This document shows positions 1-10,205 of a DNA stretch of 64,000 bases, one piece after another (within the stretch, counting starts at the first letter, position 1; every line of letters begins with the position of its first letter). This DNA is from Candidatus Bathyarchaeota archaeon (GTDB lineage: Archaea > Thermoproteota > Bathyarchaeia > Bathyarchaeales > Bathycorpusculaceae): contig CAVTBV010000007.1 of the NCBI GenBank assembly GCA_963733095.1, forward strand, positions 96,001 through 160,000, read 5' to 3'. The translations under genes were made by a program, and so were the position numbers. The notes below the pieces were generated by a model. It was not told the origin of the DNA and made no database searches. It worked only from the letters and a program-made list of their open reading frames with translations.

Positions 1-359
1 TTTTGTGGTGGGGAGCGTTCGGTTAGGTAAGAGGCCATTTTTGATACGGTATAAGAAAGGTTGCCGTTAGCTGTATTTTCTTGATCGGGTGATAGAAAGG
101 AGTTGAAAGCTTCTACGAATGGGAAATAGGGAACATTGCTGCTGCTTAGGCACCAGCCTAAAAGAATGCTGACATTTTTGTCCTTGGCTATGTTGAGGAA
201 TTCATTGACCAATCTTGTTTTCCCGCTTCCAGCCACGCCTGAAACCAGGACTGTTGATCCTTTTCCTTGAAGCATGGAATATAGGTGCTTTTGTAAATCA
301 TCCAATTCGGTTTTTCTGCCAACAAAGATTGGCTCACCCAACACGAGGGATTGTTGCAT
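1..359 (-). CDS. AAA/STAND-like P-loop ATPase (AAA_16-type), N-terminal part, runs off window start
   Basis: Manual minus-strand translation MQQSLVLGEPIFVGRKTELDDL...VLVSGVAGSGKTRLV, with FVGR motif and Walker A; absent from the ORF track because it is truncated. Confidence 0.8.
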   Translation of the reverse strand, partial: MQQSLVLGEPIFVGRKTELDDLQKHLYSMLQGKGSTVLVSGVAGSGKTRLVNEFLNIAKDKNVSILLGWCLSSSNVPYFPFVEAFNSFLSPDQENTANGNLSYTVSKMASYLTERSPPQ

Positions 360-484
360 TGGTTCCCGCTCTATAGGGTTTATTTATCTCGTTGATCCTT
401 AAAAATTGTTCTTTTGGTTTGCAACAATGGACTTGCAGAAGTTAGCATTAGGAAAATCTTAAAAACAATCTTGATTCATACCTT

Positions 485-1762
485 TTGAATTGTGAAGTAG
501 TTTTGCAAAAAAAAGATGCGAAGAAGTCTGGAAAGCTCTTTGTTCCTGCGCTTATTATTTCGTTTTTTGCAGTAACCCTTTCGGTTCCCATGCTATCGTT
601 ATTGACTGTTGATATATCTCAGACCTTTTTTGGAAATACTGGGGCCATTGCAGTAGGGCAGGTTGCGCAGGTGAGTACTATCAATAAGTTGTTCGAAGTG
701 TTATTTGCGTTGGTTATGGGTGCCCTTACTATTCGTTTTAAAAGTAAACCCCTTTTGCTTATGGGCGTAATGTTTCTGTTCGTGTCTGCAATCGGTAGTT
801 TTTTTGCGCCCGACATTTTTTGGCTGCAGTTTTTCTATGCAATAGAGGGAGGTGGAAGTGTCATTGTTGCAATAATGGCGTTTACATTGATTGGGGACTG
901 GTTATCCTCGAAGGAAAAGCCAAAAGCGGTTAGCTACCTCAATGCGGCGGGTTTTGGAGCAATCCTGATTGCGTCTCCTATAATAAGTGTGATTACTAAC
1001 ATCGGTGGTTGGAGACTGAATTATGTTTGGTTTGTATTGCCGCTTTCCTTAGCTGGCTTAGTGCTCGCATACATAGGGCTTCCTGGGAGGCAAGTTGCTT
1101 TAGTCGGACCAAAACCTAAACAGTCTTTTTATAAAGGTTACAAGGAGGTCCTTAAGAATAAATCGGCAGTCTCTTGTTTAATTGCAGGTTTGTGCGGTAC
1201 GGCAGGTAATCTTGCAGTTTTTAGTATAGCATATTATAGACAACAATTCTTAAGTAATAGCTCAGTTGTGGATCAGGTTAATTTTAGTACCGTTATATTA
1301 ATGGTTGCAGCGACGTTGTTTATAGTCGCAACTATAGTTATGGGCCGTCTCCTGAGCAAAATAAACGCTGTTACCGCAACGGTGATTGGTATTGTTGGAA
1401 ACGGCGTATTTACGGCGTTATTCTTCTCGATGCAGGCTTTATCCTTAGCAATTACCATGCATATGCTCCAGATTTGGTTTTTTGCCATGGCGGTGACCCC
1501 TTGGAGTCTTTTGGCGCTTGATCAAGTTCCAGCTTTTAGAGGGACCATGATGTCGCTAAGATCTATTGTTCTAAGTATAGGTTCGGCTATTGCTACTGGT
1601 GCAGGCGGTTTAGCACTTATTTTTCTGAACTCATATGAAATCCTCGGCATTATCTTGGGAGTAATAATTCTGCTGGGAAGTCCACTCATTTACTTTTTCA
1701 CTAAGGACCCAAGTGAAAGCAATAACCAATCGATGGCGTTAAATTACTCCAACGAGCTCTAA
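485..1762 (+). CDS. MFS transporter
   Basis: About 12 hydrophobic segments in two halves; C-terminal RGTMMSL motif typical of MFS. Confidence 0.85.
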   Translation: MNCEVVLQKKDAKKSGKLFVPALIISFFAVTLSVPMLSLLTVDISQTFFGNTGAIAVGQVAQVSTINKLFEVLFALVMGALTIRFKSKPLLLMGVMFLFVSAIGSFFAPDIFWLQFFYAIEGGGSVIVAIMAFTLIGDWLSSKEKPKAVSYLNAAGFGAILIASPIISVITNIGGWRLNYVWFVLPLSLAGLVLAYIGLPGRQVALVGPKPKQSFYKGYKEVLKNKSAVSCLIAGLCGTAGNLAVFSIAYYRQQFLSNSSVVDQVNFSTVILMVAATLFIVATIVMGRLLSKINAVTATVIGIVGNGVFTALFFSMQALSLAITMHMLQIWFFAMAVTPWSLLALDQVPAFRGTMMSLRSIVLSIGSAIATGAGGLALIFLNSYEILGIILGVIILLGSPLIYFFTKDPSESNNQSMALNYSNEL

Positions 1763-1931
1763 TTTATTAGACACCGATATAAACCAAGAACCCAAAATAT
1801 GCAATGAAAGCAAAAATACGCTTTAACGCGGCTGGTTTCCAAAAAATTAGAAGTAAGGATTTATTGCAGGGTATTGCGGCTATTTCCATCCTTCAACATG
1901 TAAGGGCAGAAATAATGGTCAAGGCTAAACT

Positions 1932-2039
1932 CGGGGCTGTTGAGAGTACAACGCATCCTAAACCTGCTACCACACTAAAAGGAAAGTAGCGGGATAAATG
2001 TTCCTCCGGAGGGCATACCCCGTCGAACCCCCATTTTTT
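1932..2039 (+). ncRNA. Candidate structured RNA (multi-stem) followed by T-tract
   Basis: CGGGG/CCCCG closing stem encloses GTTG/CAAC, CCTGCTAC/GTAGCGGG and ATGT(T)CCT/AGGGCAT stems; T6 at 2034-2039. Confidence 0.35.
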
Positions 2040-2523
2040 GACTTATTTTTGTTTTTCTTTTACCATTAGCTAAGCAGTCCTTTGTGTGGACCACAAGAAG
2101 AACAATCAAAACTTACCAATGCACTGAAACAAAAACCTCATGGATGTTATCTGTGCATGAAGAGTTCTTTTTTCCAGTGAACGTAGCCGTAGAAGGAGGC
2201 AGAACCGTAGATGAAGTAATGTGGCATAACCGAGGCGTTTCTAAGTGTGAATGCTGTTTTGGTTGCTGTATAGAAGATCCGTATGGTTCTTTGGAGTTGT
2301 TTGTTTGGTGTGGATTTTGTCAAGTTGATGTAGCGGAGGCCTGTGGTGTTCCATTTCTGTTTTTTCTTAATATTGATAGGTAACTTCAGATTTTGTTTTT
2401 ACAGTTTACTAAATTGTTTCATCATAAAGCAACCATTTTAGCGGTCTTTGGGGTGAATTAGGGCGTGTTTTGGGGTTAATCTTGAAATATGCCTTAATAT
2501 CTGCTTCATATAATGGAATGGTT

Positions 2524-2616
2524 GAGGCTGCGAAAGGCTCCGACAACCAGTAAAATAGGGTTTTGCATTTTCCCCTATCTCCTTCCTCAAGTGGTTTAGA
2601 GCCTAAGCAGCCCCCT
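2524..2616 (+). ncRNA. Candidate structured small RNA
   Basis: Nested stems GGCTGC/GCAGCC, AGGCTC/GAGCCT, AACCA/TGGTT and inner ATAGGG/CCCTAT; TATA-like CTTAATAT upstream. Confidence 0.45.
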
Positions 2617-2663
2617 CTTAAATAAATAATAAACCTTTAAACTCATATTGGGAGCTTACAATT

Positions 2664-3020
2664 ATGAAGGGAACAGCTTTGCTATTTCGACATAAAGATA
2701 AACCTCAAATGGAATTCAAAGTGGACTTGGGCGACTTGCAAAATGAAAAAGAAAACCTAACTAGTTTTCTGCAGTTGCACCTTAAAGTTTCCGTTTCCCA
2801 AGTTGAAGATAAGTTGAGTGTGGAGTCTGAAGTGGTTTCTTTGCAGGAACTTGAGCATGTGGTTAACAAGTTTGTTTACCATCGGGACTTAAACAGGACT
2901 CATTGGGTCTCCGTTGAGGGCACAACCGTGAAAATCAACAAGTTTAAGGTCACCGAGAAAGAGAAGAAACCCGAGAGAGAGCCGCCCCATCAAACTGCTG
3001 CGCAGAGCTGGGGACTGTAA
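2664..3020 (+). CDS. Small protein resembling the ribosomal eL22 (L22e) family
   Basis: Pattern FKVDL..L...L.SFL..HL...LSVES...L..VVNKFVYHRDL...WV..V.I.KF parallels the eL22 secondary-structure pattern; TATA CTTTAAA upstream. Confidence 0.5.
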   Translation: MKGTALLFRHKDKPQMEFKVDLGDLQNEKENLTSFLQLHLKVSVSQVEDKLSVESEVVSLQELEHVVNKFVYHRDLNRTHWVSVEGTTVKINKFKVTEKEKKPEREPPHQTAAQSWGL

Positions 3021-3275
3021 AAAGCAGTTCTTTAAGGTTATAGAGGCGTCTCCAAACCATTTGCTATGCTTAAAAGTTTCAATAAGCTGGCGCGCTGCTT
3101 GTTTGGGCTTCCTGGTTGGTGTGGGATAATTTGTGTTGGGTTACTGCGTGCGCAAAGACAGTTAGTTTGGCTGTGTGTTTTAGATAATGGTTTTGTTGGA
3201 GATGGTTAGGTTTTATAAGGTGTTAGAAGTCAGAAGGGTGTATTGAGAATTATGAATTTATGTGCGGTTGGTTAA

Positions 3276-3917
3276 ATGAAGGTTTTGGCAGTTAATGGTA
3301 GTCCCAGAAAAACTTGGAATACGGCAAAATTGTTAAGTGAAGCTTTGGAAGGTGCTGCTTCAGTTGGGGCAGAAACAGAACTGGTTCACCTCTATGATCT
3401 TAACTTTAAAGGCTGCGCAAGTTATTTTGATTGCAAGCTAAAAAACGGAAAATCATATGGACGCTGCTCTATTGAAGATGACTTATCACCAGTTCTAGAT
3501 AAAATACCTGCAATCGACGCTTTGATATTAGGCTCACCAATATACCTTGGCACGATAACTGGCGAGCTGAAAATGTTTCTGGAACGGTTAACATTTCCGT
3601 ATTTAGTTTATGATGCTGTGCGTTCTTCGTTATTTCCCAAAAAGCTGCCTGTCGGCTTCATATATACTATGGGTGCACCTGAACAGTTTATTAAAAATAT
3701 GGGGATAGATCAGCATGTTAAACTAAATGAGAATTTACTGGCTCAAAGATTTGGCTCGGTCGAGTCACTGCTCGTTACAGACACATATCAGTTTGATGAT
3801 TATTCCAAGTATGTTCAAGCATTTAACGTAGAAGAAAAAACCCGTAGACACAAAGATATCTTCCCAATCGACTGCAAAAAAGCCTTCGAAATGGGCGCAA
3901 GACTCGCAAAACTCTAA
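3276..3917 (+). CDS. Flavodoxin-like / NADPH-dependent FMN reductase (iron-sulfur flavoprotein family)
   Basis: NGSPRK..NT, GSPIY and FLERL motifs; Cys motif GCASYFDCK...C. Confidence 0.9.
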   Translation: MKVLAVNGSPRKTWNTAKLLSEALEGAASVGAETELVHLYDLNFKGCASYFDCKLKNGKSYGRCSIEDDLSPVLDKIPAIDALILGSPIYLGTITGELKMFLERLTFPYLVYDAVRSSLFPKKLPVGFIYTMGAPEQFIKNMGIDQHVKLNENLLAQRFGSVESLLVTDTYQFDDYSKYVQAFNVEEKTRRHKDIFPIDCKKAFEMGARLAKL

Positions 3918-4129
3918 AGGACAAAAAACAGCGCGCGTCACGCTAAATATGGTAAACGTTTCTTGAGAAACTGGGCTTCTTTTCTTAAATAGCTGGTCCG
4001 GAGGGATTTGCCCCTAAAAGGGGGTCGGAACCGTTGCTTTGAAAACTTAATTTTTCAGATTTTAGTTTTTCTTGGCGCAGCGAAACCTATATTGAGTTTT
4101 ATGAGATAGGCTTTAGAGGTGAATAAACA

Positions 4130-5113
4130 ATGACGTCATTGAGGTCATTAGCCCCCTCATTAACAAGAATCACCACTGCCGCAGCTGTTGGCGCAGCCCT
4201 CCATATCGGTAAAGGTGACGCTGACAAAGTAGACCAAACAGCACTCGATTTTTCCAGAGCAGCCCTAAACCAGACAGAAGTCGACGGCGAAGTAATCTGC
4301 TGCGAAGGACCCAAAGACAATGCACCAGCGTTTAGATGCAAAGAAAAAGTCGGTACAGGTAATGGACCCAAAGTGGAGTTTGTTATAGACCAAGTTGATG
4401 GCACAACAGCTACATCTAAGGGGAAGAAAGACGCCATATCAATTTTGGCATGTGCTCCAGTGGGATGCCTGCAAGTTCTTCCCGACGATGGTTACTACTT
4501 CAAGATAGCAACCTGCGGCAAATCAAAAGGGAAAATCTCTGCCGATATGTCTATTGAAGAAATCGTACAGACTGTAGTTTCTCAAAAGAACATGCAGCTT
4601 TCAAACTTCACAGTTATCATGCTTGAACGTGAAAGGCACGATGACTTACTTGCAAGATTACGCAAGATGGGTGTTAGAATTCACCTTATTAATGACGGCG
4701 ACGTTGCAGGGGCACTCCTCACATGTCTACCTGACTCGGGTGTGGATTTGCTTATAGGCGCTGGTGCAGGTGCAGAAGCAACGATTGCTGCTACAGCCAT
4801 AAAATGCTTAGGTGGAACCATGCTAACTAAGGTTTGGCATGACAAGAAAGATGATGCAGGCAGAATGGATCGATTAAAAGCTGCAGGCGTAGACATAGAG
4901 AAAACCTACACGGAAAACGAGTTGGCGAAAGGTAATGAGCTCATCTTTGCAGCGTCAGGCATCACTAAAGGTGAATTGCTTGATGGCGTACGGTTTACTC
5001 GGTTAGGCGCCATTGTGAACTCCATCTGTACGAGGTTTCCAAGCGGCACGGTCGAGCGTTCAGAAACCATTTTGAAGTACAGTGGTCACCCAATCTACAG
5101 TCAAATAACCTAG
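4130..5113 (+). CDS. glpX: Fructose-1,6-bisphosphatase class II
   Basis: EG.KDNAP, DxVDGT, RERH, DGDVAG and FAASGITKGELLDGVRF motifs; SD GAGGTG. Confidence 0.9.
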   Translation: MTSLRSLAPSLTRITTAAAVGAALHIGKGDADKVDQTALDFSRAALNQTEVDGEVICCEGPKDNAPAFRCKEKVGTGNGPKVEFVIDQVDGTTATSKGKKDAISILACAPVGCLQVLPDDGYYFKIATCGKSKGKISADMSIEEIVQTVVSQKNMQLSNFTVIMLERERHDDLLARLRKMGVRIHLINDGDVAGALLTCLPDSGVDLLIGAGAGAEATIAATAIKCLGGTMLTKVWHDKKDDAGRMDRLKAAGVDIEKTYTENELAKGNELIFAASGITKGELLDGVRFTRLGAIVNSICTRFPSGTVERSETILKYSGHPIYSQIT

Positions 5114-5252
5114 CCACTCTATTTAGTGCTATAAACACCGCCAAATTTTTTGTAGTTAGGCGTTTTGCCCCAAATAGCTTTTGCCGCTTCAGTAAGTTCT
5201 GCTGGGTAGTTTCCAAAAACTTGTGCAATTGGACTAATTACTCTCTCAACAA

Positions 5253-5400
5253 ATGAAAGTTCATGAGTGTACCCTCAGGGCAAGCGCGCACATGCTTAAA
5301 CTCGGCGAAAAAATTGGGCTTCCAATGCCCATCAACCGAGCAGTCTACGAATTAGCCAAAGAACGGTTTGGACCGAACTTTCAACCGATGACTAAAAAAG
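5253..5400 (+). pseudogene. C-terminal fragment resembling ketopantoate reductase (PanE/ApbA_C)
   Basis: LKLGEKIGLPMPINRAVYEL resembles the ApbA C-terminal helix; no N-terminal domain upstream. Confidence 0.35.
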
Positions 5401-5596
5401 AACGCTATCTCCAATCCAAGAAGGAATTAAATGTGATTTTTCGAGCTGAACTATCTCTATCGTTTTCTCATTTCGGTTGCAAATTAGCCATGAGACTCAG
5501 TCCGACTGAGGCTCTATTAAAGACTTTTCTTGAATCTTGAATTCCTCTTTGAAAATTGTCTCTTTAGATAGGTTGTTTTTTGAATAGATCACGGTT

Positions 5597-5920
5597 TCAG
5601 CTTAATTTTCTTGAAATGTCGGCGTACAAGAAGTAAGTTGCGGCGATGGCTATTGACACTATAGTGTAGGCAAGTAAGATTTCTATTGATAGGCTAAGTG
5701 TGGGAACGGTTGTTGTGGGGTTGAGGTTCAAAATTGTGGATACGCTTGAGGGCAGTTTTGGCAGGGCATACTGGCTTGGCAGGCTGCTTGCTGGGCTTGT
5801 TGGCAAGTAGGTTTGAATTGTTCTGTAGATTTGTTTATCGGTTATTCGGTAGATTAAACCCATAAACGAGCTGATTATGAAGCTGGCAAAGAAGGTTGCA
5901 GAAGAGAAAATGTAAGCCAG
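5597..5920 (-). pseudogene. 3' fragment of a membrane protein (ABC-2 permease-like)
   Basis: Hydrophobic C-terminus ending YFLYADISRKLS; 5' part replaced by asnB-like sequence on the opposite strand. Confidence 0.45.
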
Positions 5921-7169
5921 GCACAATCTGGTTTTTGACCTCACAAGCAATAAAGCCAAGATATGGCAGTACTATAATGTTCCAAAGTATGAACCTGAAT
6001 ACAATTATGACAAACTCGTTAAAGAAGGTAGAGAATTACTCGAAGATGCTGTGAAGGTTCAAATGGTCGCCGATGTGCCCGTGGGCGCTTTCTTAAGCGG
6101 TGGCTTAGACTCAACCACAACTGTGGGTGTCATGAGTCATTTTACCAATCTTAAGAACTTACATACTTTCTCTATTGGGTTTGAGGGCAAATATGACGAA
6201 ACCACCTATATCGATATTGCGAAAAATTTCTTTAAAACTATACATCATCATAAACGCTTCATTGAGGACGATTTTGAAAGACTTTTTGATTTTTACGCTT
6301 GTACTTTTGACGAGCCTTTTGGTGATTATTCAAGTTTTCCGACTTTAACCTTATCTGAGATGACCCGCAATTTCGTTACTGTAGCTTTAAGCGGTGACGG
6401 GGGCGACGAAATCTTCGGTGGCTATCCTGAACATATAAGCGGCTACAGGTTTGAGCTTATTTCAAAGATTCCCAAGACCCTACGGCTAATTTTCTCAAAG
6501 ATTCCGGCAAGAAAAAACTTGGACAGTTACTTTTCACCTTATTTGTTGAAGAATGCATTGAAGGTTTCTCTTGGTGATCGATCTGACTTTTTTGCGAATG
6601 CACTTACTGACGACTTAATGCTACCGGATATTTATAAAAAATGGACTTCCGAAAGATTAAACGACTGTTTTCAAACCGGAGTCAAAAATTTTGGTGATGT
6701 ACTTCGTTTATACGATTTAATGTTCAACACTTTGCCGGATAACTATCTTTCAAAGGTAGATAAGGCTTCGATGGCGTTTGCTTTGGAAGTGAGAAGTCCT
6801 TTTCTTGATTATAGATTTGTCGAGTTTTCGCAGCGTATACCGACAGAGTGGAAGGTTGACGCTTTTAGGTCAAAGAAACTGATGAGGGAAATTACAAAGG
6901 ATATAGTCCCGAATGAAATATTGCATAGAAGTAAAAGGGGTTTCATACCGCCTGTTCAAGAGTGGATACATGCTGCTTGTTATGAACCACATCTTCAAAA
7001 AACAAATGAATTGCTGAGAAGTTTGGATACAGCTCTTGCTAACTTTTTTGATGAAAAAGTCAATAACAGTAAAAATAAGTTGTATGGTCGCTATAAAATT
7101 AGGCTTTTCATGTTTGGTCTTTGGTATGAAAAGTGGATAAACAAACGCGATTTGCGGTTTCCTGATTGA
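5915..7169 (+). pseudogene. asnB: Asparagine synthase-like amidotransferase, N-terminal glutaminase domain missing
   Basis: ADVPVGAFLSGGLDS, LSGDGGDEIFGGY and KVDKASMAFALEVRSPFLD motifs; frame is open upstream (ARHNLVFDL...) only to about 5915. Confidence 0.85.
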
Positions 7170-7419
7170 CACTAAGCGTAAACCTACCCAATTATCAACG
7201 AGAACAACTTTAAATTTGAAATATTTTGTTTCTAGCATTTAGGATACGTTTTTTTCAAATATTTTTTTCATTAAAATTCAGAATTGTTATAATTACGAAG
7301 ACACATTGAACTTTTTCCACATATCATGCTTTTACTTAAGTTCTAAATAAGTCACTGAAAATGATTTTATCTTCACGTAAGTGCGGCCAAGGAATCATCG
7401 ATCGATATCACATCTTCAG

Positions 7420-8559
7420 TGAATGCATCCGTCAGAAACCAAGAATCTTATTTGTATATTGGGATACACGTGGAAAATATTCTGATGATGCGCTCCAAAA
7501 AAACTGTTGCTATATTGACGTTCTTTACATAAAAATAGATTTAAAGGAACTATTATTTTGGACAAACCTACTGATGTGCACTCTAAGAATCTAAAGCTAT
7601 GGTTAAGAAAGGCAAATTCAGTTTAATCAGCAAAGAAATGCTGATAAATTGGTTTATCAGGCGACCCAAATATCTATAAAACTGTCTTCAAAAGTTGAAC
7701 AGCACATTAATTCAGTGACAGTGAAACCTGATCTTGTAATTCAATGGATAGGTATGTTCGCGCCTTATGTTGATTCCCCAAAGACCCTTTTGCAGTAATT
7801 ATCGACAACTATTGCTGACCCGCCAAACTCCTTAACTAACAAGAACAAAATCAGAGGTTGGAATACAATCTATGATGAATCCCATTTTTTGTTTGAAAAG
7901 AAACTTTTTTCCCAGGCAAGATACATTTTTAGCCTTTCTAAATGGGTCAAAGATGGGCTGTCAAATGAATACATGATTGAGACAGAAAAAATTCATTCGA
8001 TAGGATGGGGACCTTGTAAAAAGATAGAAACAGATAAAACTTTTTGCAAAAGAGAAAAAACAATTTTGGCCATAGGAACTGATTACAAAGCAAAAGGAAT
8101 AGATATTCTAATAAAATTCGCAAACTACTTAAAAGATTTTTCAATCACAATTGTCGGAAAAGATAGCTCTTTTGACAAGACTATCATGCCATCAAACGTC
8201 AAGATCATAGGATTCGTGCGGGATGAGGAATTAATTAGTCTTTATAAAAAATCTGAACTAATTTTTTTATTCTCTGAGTTTGAACCATCCGCACACACAT
8301 TATGGGAAGCACAAGCTTGCAGTTGCGTTGTAATCGGATACGATGCCTATGGAATTTCTGAAGCAATCATTAATGGGAAAACTGGATTGTTGTTGAAAAC
8401 AAGAAATCCCAAAACGATTGCGGAGAATTTCGCCAACTGTACCAAGACACTTCAGTATTGAAGAAAATGCAGAAAGCGGCAATTGATAATTATGCGAAAA
8501 ATGGAACTTGGAAAAAGCATGCCAGACGTTACTTTCTTATTGTGGTCGAAAGCTCATGA
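7420..8559 (+). pseudogene. Glycosyltransferase family 4, frameshifted
   Basis: KGIDIL and FEPSAHTLWEAQAC...EAIINGKTGLL in ORF 7889-8461; flanking parts lie in other frames. Confidence 0.7.
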
Positions 8560-9104
8560 TTGGTATCGTCTTCAACAACGAAAACAACTCAACCCATTTC
8601 TTGACGCCACAAAAGCAACACTAGACTCACTATAAACTCGTCTTGGATCAACTTGGTGCAATCAGGGAAAACTCGAAATCTCCTTTTGGTTTAAGCAAGT
8701 TGGGGCTTCAAATATAATTAGGACTTTATGATTTTTGAAGGAGCCAAACCCCAAGACCTTGACTGTATGTTTCGACAACTCAAGCTTTCAGAACGCAACA
8801 TTCGCATTCGTGCTTATTTTTGGCGATATCTGATCGACTTGAGATTTCGTATAGCTTCAAAATCCTACCTATCCCTGCGCGTTATTCAGAATTTGCTGCA
8901 ACTGAAATGGTAGTAAATTAACGAGCTTTCTATGAAATCTGCCACTTGATGATAGAAGCAAATGAACTAACATTTAGGAACACGATACAAAATTTAGGCT
9001 CAATTGAACTTTTTCTTCCAAACTGACAGAAGTTGAAAATACAGATTACTTGTTATATATATAAGAGAATTAACAGAAAGTTAAAAAAAATGATCTGATT
9101 TGTT

Positions 9105-10039
9105 ATGGAGAAACCACATGTTTCTGTCGTAATTCCGACAAAGAATTCATCTAGGACTTTGAGCGATTGCCTGCAATCGCTGGTTAGGCAAGAATATAAG
9201 AGTTTTGAAATTATTGTTGTCGATGCGCACTCCAGGATAATACTGTTGAAATTGCGAAGAAATATACAGACAAAGTCTTTTTTGAAGAAGGCGGAACTCG
9301 TGCCTCGGGATGAATGTCGGAATCAGTATGCTCATGGAGATATTATTGCTTTCACAGATGATGACTGTGAAGTTCCAAAAGATTGGTTAAAACAAATAGT
9401 TTCAAATTTTGAAGATGAGACTTTGGATGTTTTAGGTGGTTTAGCTAAAACACCTGAAGACTCGAGTAAAATTGAAAAAGCATTTGGAGCAGTCTTAAAT
9501 GATTTATTATTGATAACTTATTCATGGGATGATTGGGAAAAAGTAATAGGCTGTAATTCAGCCTATAGAAAGGCAACACTTATTGACGCAGAGGATTTAG
9601 AGAGAACCTGCTAACGGCTGAGGAAACAGAATTACATTTTAGGTTGAAACAAGCAGGCAAACGGATTCGATATTTAGACAGTCTGTTTGTCTTACATAAC
9701 CGTCGATGCACTCCTAGACAATTTTGGAAGCAGCAATTCAGGTTTGGCGTTGGAAAAGGAAAATGGTTACGTTCAAATCCGTCAGCGATTAAAGCAAGCA
9801 ACTTTTTAGCCCAATTATTGCTGTTTGTATCTTTTGTATTCCTTCCTATGTTAGCCATCATAGGCTTTCTAACGATTGTAATCGGTATTCTATTGGTGGG
9901 TGCATTTCTGCTTTCAGTTTTATCTTTGTATGCAAGTGTGAAAGAAAAGGAGCTTTCTCTTTTCCCTTTTATCATTTTAGCTTCAATAATATGGATCTAT
10001 TCACAAGGTTTGGGACAATTAAAAGGATTTTTCAGTTAA
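9105..10039 (+). pseudogene. Glycosyltransferase family 2 with C-terminal TM helices, frameshifted
   Basis: VSVVIPTKN, IIVVD, IAFTDDD and GCNSAYRK motifs; split over ORFs 9105-9614 and 9644-10039. Confidence 0.8.
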
Positions 10040-10205
10040 CACATATTTCTTGCTGAAATGGTAAACAAAATTTCTTGTATTATCATTTTGTTTTATGGCT
10101 TCTCTATTTTTGGGTTTTAAAACAAAAAGATTTGCTCATATACTTAAAAATCCAGATTATTTGATAAACCAATTAAGGAATAACCGATAGGCTGGTAACA
10201 CAGGC

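Noticed and set aside
1929-2030. TPP riboswitch
   Set aside because: Only the first half resembles the aptamer; the P4/P5 consensus is missing and no thiamine gene follows
2147-2380. Minus-strand fragment resembling a glycosyltransferase C-terminus, and plus-strand ORF 2084-2383
   Set aside because: No start or diagnostic motif; skewed composition explains the open frames
2585-2602. tRNA D-arm-like CTCAAGTGGTTTAGAGC
   Set aside because: No anticodon arm, T arm or acceptor stem around it
3992-4045. Possible tRNA 3' fragment and CCCCT/AGGGG hairpin
   Set aside because: T-loop is incomplete and the acceptor strand is atypical; too short to support
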